Positions 59,515 through 64,000 of a stretch of 64,000 bases of DNA are shown here, piece after piece. The position numbers and the translations under genes are program-made. The notes beneath the pieces are model-generated. The model saw nothing but the letters and a program-made list of their open reading frames with translations, was not told the DNA's origin and ran no database searches. The number at the start of each line of letters is the position of its first letter. Position 1 is the first letter of the stretch. Location of the stretch: assembly GCA_963695545.1 (NCBI GenBank), contig OY968796.1, positions 3,936,001 through 4,000,000 on the forward strand, read 5' to 3'. This DNA comes from Terriglobia bacterium. Its GTDB lineage: Bacteria > Acidobacteriota > Terriglobia > Acidiferrales > UBA7541.

Positions 59515-60275
59515 AAGGTGACGTCCAGTGCGGGAATCAATTGGTCTTGCAATCGGAAATCGCGCAGGAAGGGATCGGTGGAGGATTCAAAGCCGGACCA
59601 CGGGCCGAAAAACGTCACGCGGCCGTCTTGCAGAAAAACCAGGCGGTCGGCGAGTTTCTTCGCGAGATGCGTATCGTGCGTGACGACGACCGAGGTTTTG
59701 TGCATGGCCTGTTTCAATTTCAGGATCAACGCGCTGGTGTGCGAGGCCATGATCGGATCGACCATAGTGGTCGGCTCGTCGTACAGAATCGCCTCGGGAT
59801 CGAGCGCGAGCGCCCGCGCGATGGCTACGGCGCGCTTGGTGCCCGTGCTGATCTCGGACGGCAGCTTATCGAGGAGGTCCGAGACTTCGAGCATCTCGGC
59901 GAGTTCGGCGACCCGCGCATCGAGTTGTTCGCTCGTAATGTCTTCGCGGCCCTCGAGAGGGAACGCGATGTTTTCGCCGACCGTAAGCGAATCGAATAGC
60001 GCGCCGGATTGAAATACCATGGTGACGCGCCGCCGAATGGCAGTGAGTTGGTCTTCATTCCAATCCGTGATGTCCTGGCCAGCGACAATCACGCGCCCGG
60101 AATCGGGCTCGAGAAAACCCAAAATGTGTTCGAGCGTGACCGATTTGCCGACGCCGCTGCGGCCCATGATCACGCAGGTTTCGCCGCGCTCGACGGTGAA
60201 GCTGACGTTGTCAAGCACCAGCCGGCCGTCAAACGATTTCGAGACGCCGCGAAATTCGATGTAGGGATCGCTCAT
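59511..60275 (-). CDS. ABC ATP-binding protein, MlaF/Mkl-like
   Basis: GRSGVGKS, MVFQSGALFDSLTVGENIAF, ILYDEPT, VVTHD; signature reads ISTGT. Confidence 0.9.
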   Translation of the reverse strand: MSDPYIEFRGVSKSFDGRLVLDNVSFTVERGETCVIMGRSGVGKSVTLEHILGFLEPDSGRVIVAGQDITDWNEDQLTAIRRRVTMVFQSGALFDSLTVGENIAFPLEGREDITSEQLDARVAELAEMLEVSDLLDKLPSEISTGTKRAVAIARALALDPEAILYDEPTTMVDPIMASHTSALILKLKQAMHKTSVVVTHDTHLAKKLADRLVFLQDGRVTFFGPWSGFESSTDPFLRDFRLQDQLIPALDVTL

Positions 60276-60570
60276 CCGCTGGCAACACTCCGCGCCGAGA
60301 AACTTTGCGCGCGCACGGCAGCGCAGTCAACGCCCGGCTCGGGATCATTGTTCCCAAGCAGGCGAGCAGAAGCAATCTGTTTTCTGCACCACGGGTAGCT
60401 AGGAATCTACAGTAGTGAAGGGCAAGTCGCTCTGGAAAGCCCGCGGCCAATTGGCGTTGACAATGGCGCACTCAACCCTGAGAAAAGCGTTTTAGTAGAT
60501 ATGTTTAATATTATCAGCACCTTACAGATAGAATGCCGCTCAGCCCAGATATTCGGATCGAGATTATGCC

Positions 60571-60599
60571 TTGACATCGCACCCTAGCCTGACTATATT
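60571..60599 (+). promoter_or_regulatory. Sigma70-type promoter of groESL
   Basis: TTGACA (60571-60576), 17 nt, TATATT (60594-60599). Confidence 0.88.
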
Positions 60600-60624
60600 A
60601 GCACTCGCCACACAGGAGTGCCAA
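60598..60624 (+). promoter_or_regulatory. CIRCE element (HrcA operator)
   Basis: TTAGCACTC-N9-GAGTGCCAA, one mismatch to consensus, overlapping the -10 and transcription start region. Confidence 0.95.
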
Positions 60625-60697
60625 TTCAGCTCGCAACCCTGTCGGCAAGATTTCCAGCGACGATGGAACCCACAAACGAAACGGAGGACTTGTAACG

Positions 60698-61018
60698 ATG
60701 GCTGTCAACGTCACTCCCCTGCATGACCGCGTGCTGGTCAAGCGGATCGAGGAGAAGGAAAGCATCAAAGGCGGCATCATCATCCCAGATTCAGCCAAAG
60801 AGAAGCCGCAAGAGGGCGAAGTGATCGCGGTAGGCGCCGGCAAGATCGAAAAGGGCGAGCGAATTCCGCTCGACGTAAAGCCCGGCGATCGCGTTCTATT
60901 CGGCAAGTACAGCGGCAGCGAAATCAATGTGGACGATCAGGATTTTCTAATTCTCCGCGAGGAAGAAATTCTCGCAAAGCTTGGCGGAGCCGCGAAGGCG
61001 GCATCCGGACGCAAGTAA
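60698..61018 (+). CDS. groES: Co-chaperonin GroES
   Basis: [37 protein letters not shown]. Confidence 0.99.
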   Translation: MAVNVTPLHDRVLVKRIEEKESIKGGIIIPDSAKEKPQEGEVIAVGAGKIEKGERIPLDVKPGDRVLFGKYSGSEINVDDQDFLILREEEILAKLGGAAKAASGRK

Positions 61019-61144
61019 CTTTTCCCCCGCGCGGTTTCCGACGCGGGGCCGCACTCGAGCGAGAGTCGCGGGTGACGCGAGCTTTCGCGGTGAAGAAGTG
61101 AAGCAAGCTGCAGTACAGAAATTGCGACGAAATTTGAAACTTAA

Positions 61145-62806
<1,662 letters not shown>

Positions 62807-62836
62807 CCTTCGCGATTCGCGAAGCCGACTCACGGG

Positions 62837-62873
62837 GCGCTCGAACCTCTCACAGGTTCGAGCGCTTTTTTTT
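62837..62873 (+). terminator. Rho-independent terminator after groEL
   Basis: Perfect 12-bp stem GCGCTCGAACCT/AGGTTCGAGCGC, 5-nt loop, T8 tract. Confidence 0.92.
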
Positions 62874-62946
62874 CTTGCGGCCTCGCGGCGCCGCCCACAT
62901 GCCCCGATGGCGGCGACTTGCGCCGACGGTCCGAATGCGATACAAA

Positions 62947-64000
62947 ATGAGCCTCCCAGTCGCTTCCCTTCTTGCGATCGTTCGGGGGAAAATTGGAAAT
63001 GCCGGGAAAAAGTGTAAAGCGGTCGCGGAACCATCTTTGGGCACGGAGAGCCATTGCTCTCTCTCGCTCGTAATTCTGGGACCGGCACTGCTCGCTTGGC
63101 GTCCGGCGCTCGCCGATTCGCCGGCGACGTATGATGACGCGATCAAGCAAGTTTCCTCGCAATTGGCCGCGGCCATCGCGAGTTCTGGAAAGAAAACCGT
63201 TGCGGTTTCCGATTTTACAGATCTTGATGGCAACGTGACCGAGATCGGCAGATTTCTCGCCGGCGATGTTTCGGACTCTTTGGCCGCCCAAGCAAAGGGT
63301 TTTCTGGTGATCGATCGCGCGCAGTTCAAAGGCGCGGCGCAGTCCACGAGCGTCGATGCCTTGGTGACCGGCATCCTCACGACGTTCACAGACCACGTGC
63401 GGCTGTCGGCGAAGGTCCTCGACGCAACGAACTCGGCCATTCTCGGCGCGGCCAGTGTGGACATTCCGCGCACCAAAGATATCGACGACGTGCTTGCCGG
63501 ATTGGGATCGCCGGCGTCAGCAAAATCAGGCAATTCCCGCGCGGCGGCATCTTCAACTTCGCCGAACTCGTCAAATTCCGCGACGGCCGCGGCCAACGAA
63601 GGGCCGGTGCCCGCGGTCACGGGGCGAGCTCCGTCGGGCAAAGGCGCGCGCGGTTCGGGCAAGGCTCCGAAGAAATCGTCGGGCCCGGCGGTGCCTACAG
63701 TCAGCGGGATCGGAAGCGTCGCGACAGATTCATATCGAGTGATCGTGTCGTCTCTCGTCCACTCGGCTGGCACGGTGTCTGTGACTCTCGAATTCGATTC
63801 GCTCTCCGACTCCACCATCCAACTCGCGATGGTTCGCGCTCAGTCCTACCTGACCGACGAAACAAATGTTCGCTGGGCGCTCAATCAGCAGGACACCATG
63901 GGCATTTTCAACGTGCGCGAAATGGCCGGCGGCGGATTTTGGCGCGGCGTACCCTTGGCCAAGGGCGCGAAAATACAGACGGTGCTGACGTTTACTCCGC
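62947..64000 (+). CDS. Exported CsgG/FlgO-like domain protein; runs off the window end, start uncertain
   Basis: Not in the ORF track (no stop in window). Manual translation gives LSLVILGPALLAWRPALA-DSP...KTVAVSDFTDLDGNVTEIGRFLA...VIDR...VDALVTG...VRLSAKVLD, then a Ser/Ala/Gly linker and a beta-rich domain. Confidence 0.75.
   Translation, partial: MSLPVASLLAIVRGKIGNAGKKCKAVAEPSLGTESHCSLSLVILGPALLAWRPALADSPATYDDAIKQVSSQLAAAIASSGKKTVAVSDFTDLDGNVTEIGRFLAGDVSDSLAAQAKGFLVIDRAQFKGAAQSTSVDALVTGILTTFTDHVRLSAKVLDATNSAILGAASVDIPRTKDIDDVLAGLGSPASAKSGNSRAAASSTSPNSSNSATAAANEGPVPAVTGRAPSGKGARGSGKAPKKSSGPAVPTVSGIGSVATDSYRVIVSSLVHSAGTVSVTLEFDSLSDSTIQLAMVRAQSYLTDETNVRWALNQQDTMGIFNVREMAGGGFWRGVPLAKGAKIQTVLTFTP

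Noticed and set aside
62850..63818. 322-aa minus-strand ORF after groEL
   Set aside because: The plus-strand frame has a signal-like segment and CsgG/FlgO-type motifs; this ORF is its shadow.

Overview
This is a GC-rich bacterial chromosomal window of mostly housekeeping genes. Gene content and order suggest Acidobacteriota (inference). About 39 kb of minus-strand genes include ychF, an ECF sigma/anti-sigma/DUF3106 triad, a DinB-family gene, a dcw cluster (mraZ to ftsZ, no ddl), a JAB peptidase, rpiB, glyA, a GT4 glycosyltransferase, proS, PBP1B, two TPR proteins, nfeD-SPFH, a SPOR protein, lnt and a frameshifted prfB. These are followed by alkA, DUF4149, tRNA-Val(CAC), moxR-DUF58-mutY-transglutaminase, rimO-yacG-pgpA-(IPT/propeller)-cinA-thpR-plsY-like, HD-GYP, ftsY-ribD-ribE, an MlaF-like ATPase with an APC permease, CIRCE-controlled groES-groEL and a truncated CsgG/FlgO-like gene. 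No transposase, integrase, phage or cas gene was seen. The most novel-looking signal is an AT-rich ~150-bp non-coding element present twice, in inverted orientation (133-285 and 46878-47030). It has near-invariant blocks separated by variable segments of identical length and is built from four ~25-bp units resembling IHF sites. Each copy lies just 3' of a gene, one copy has its own promoter, and solo units occur in other intergenic regions. Other candidates are a PlsY homologue lacking motif 1, possible PBP1B activators, and an orphan MlaF-like ATPase coupled to an APC permease. All calls come from reading motifs by eye; no database search was run.
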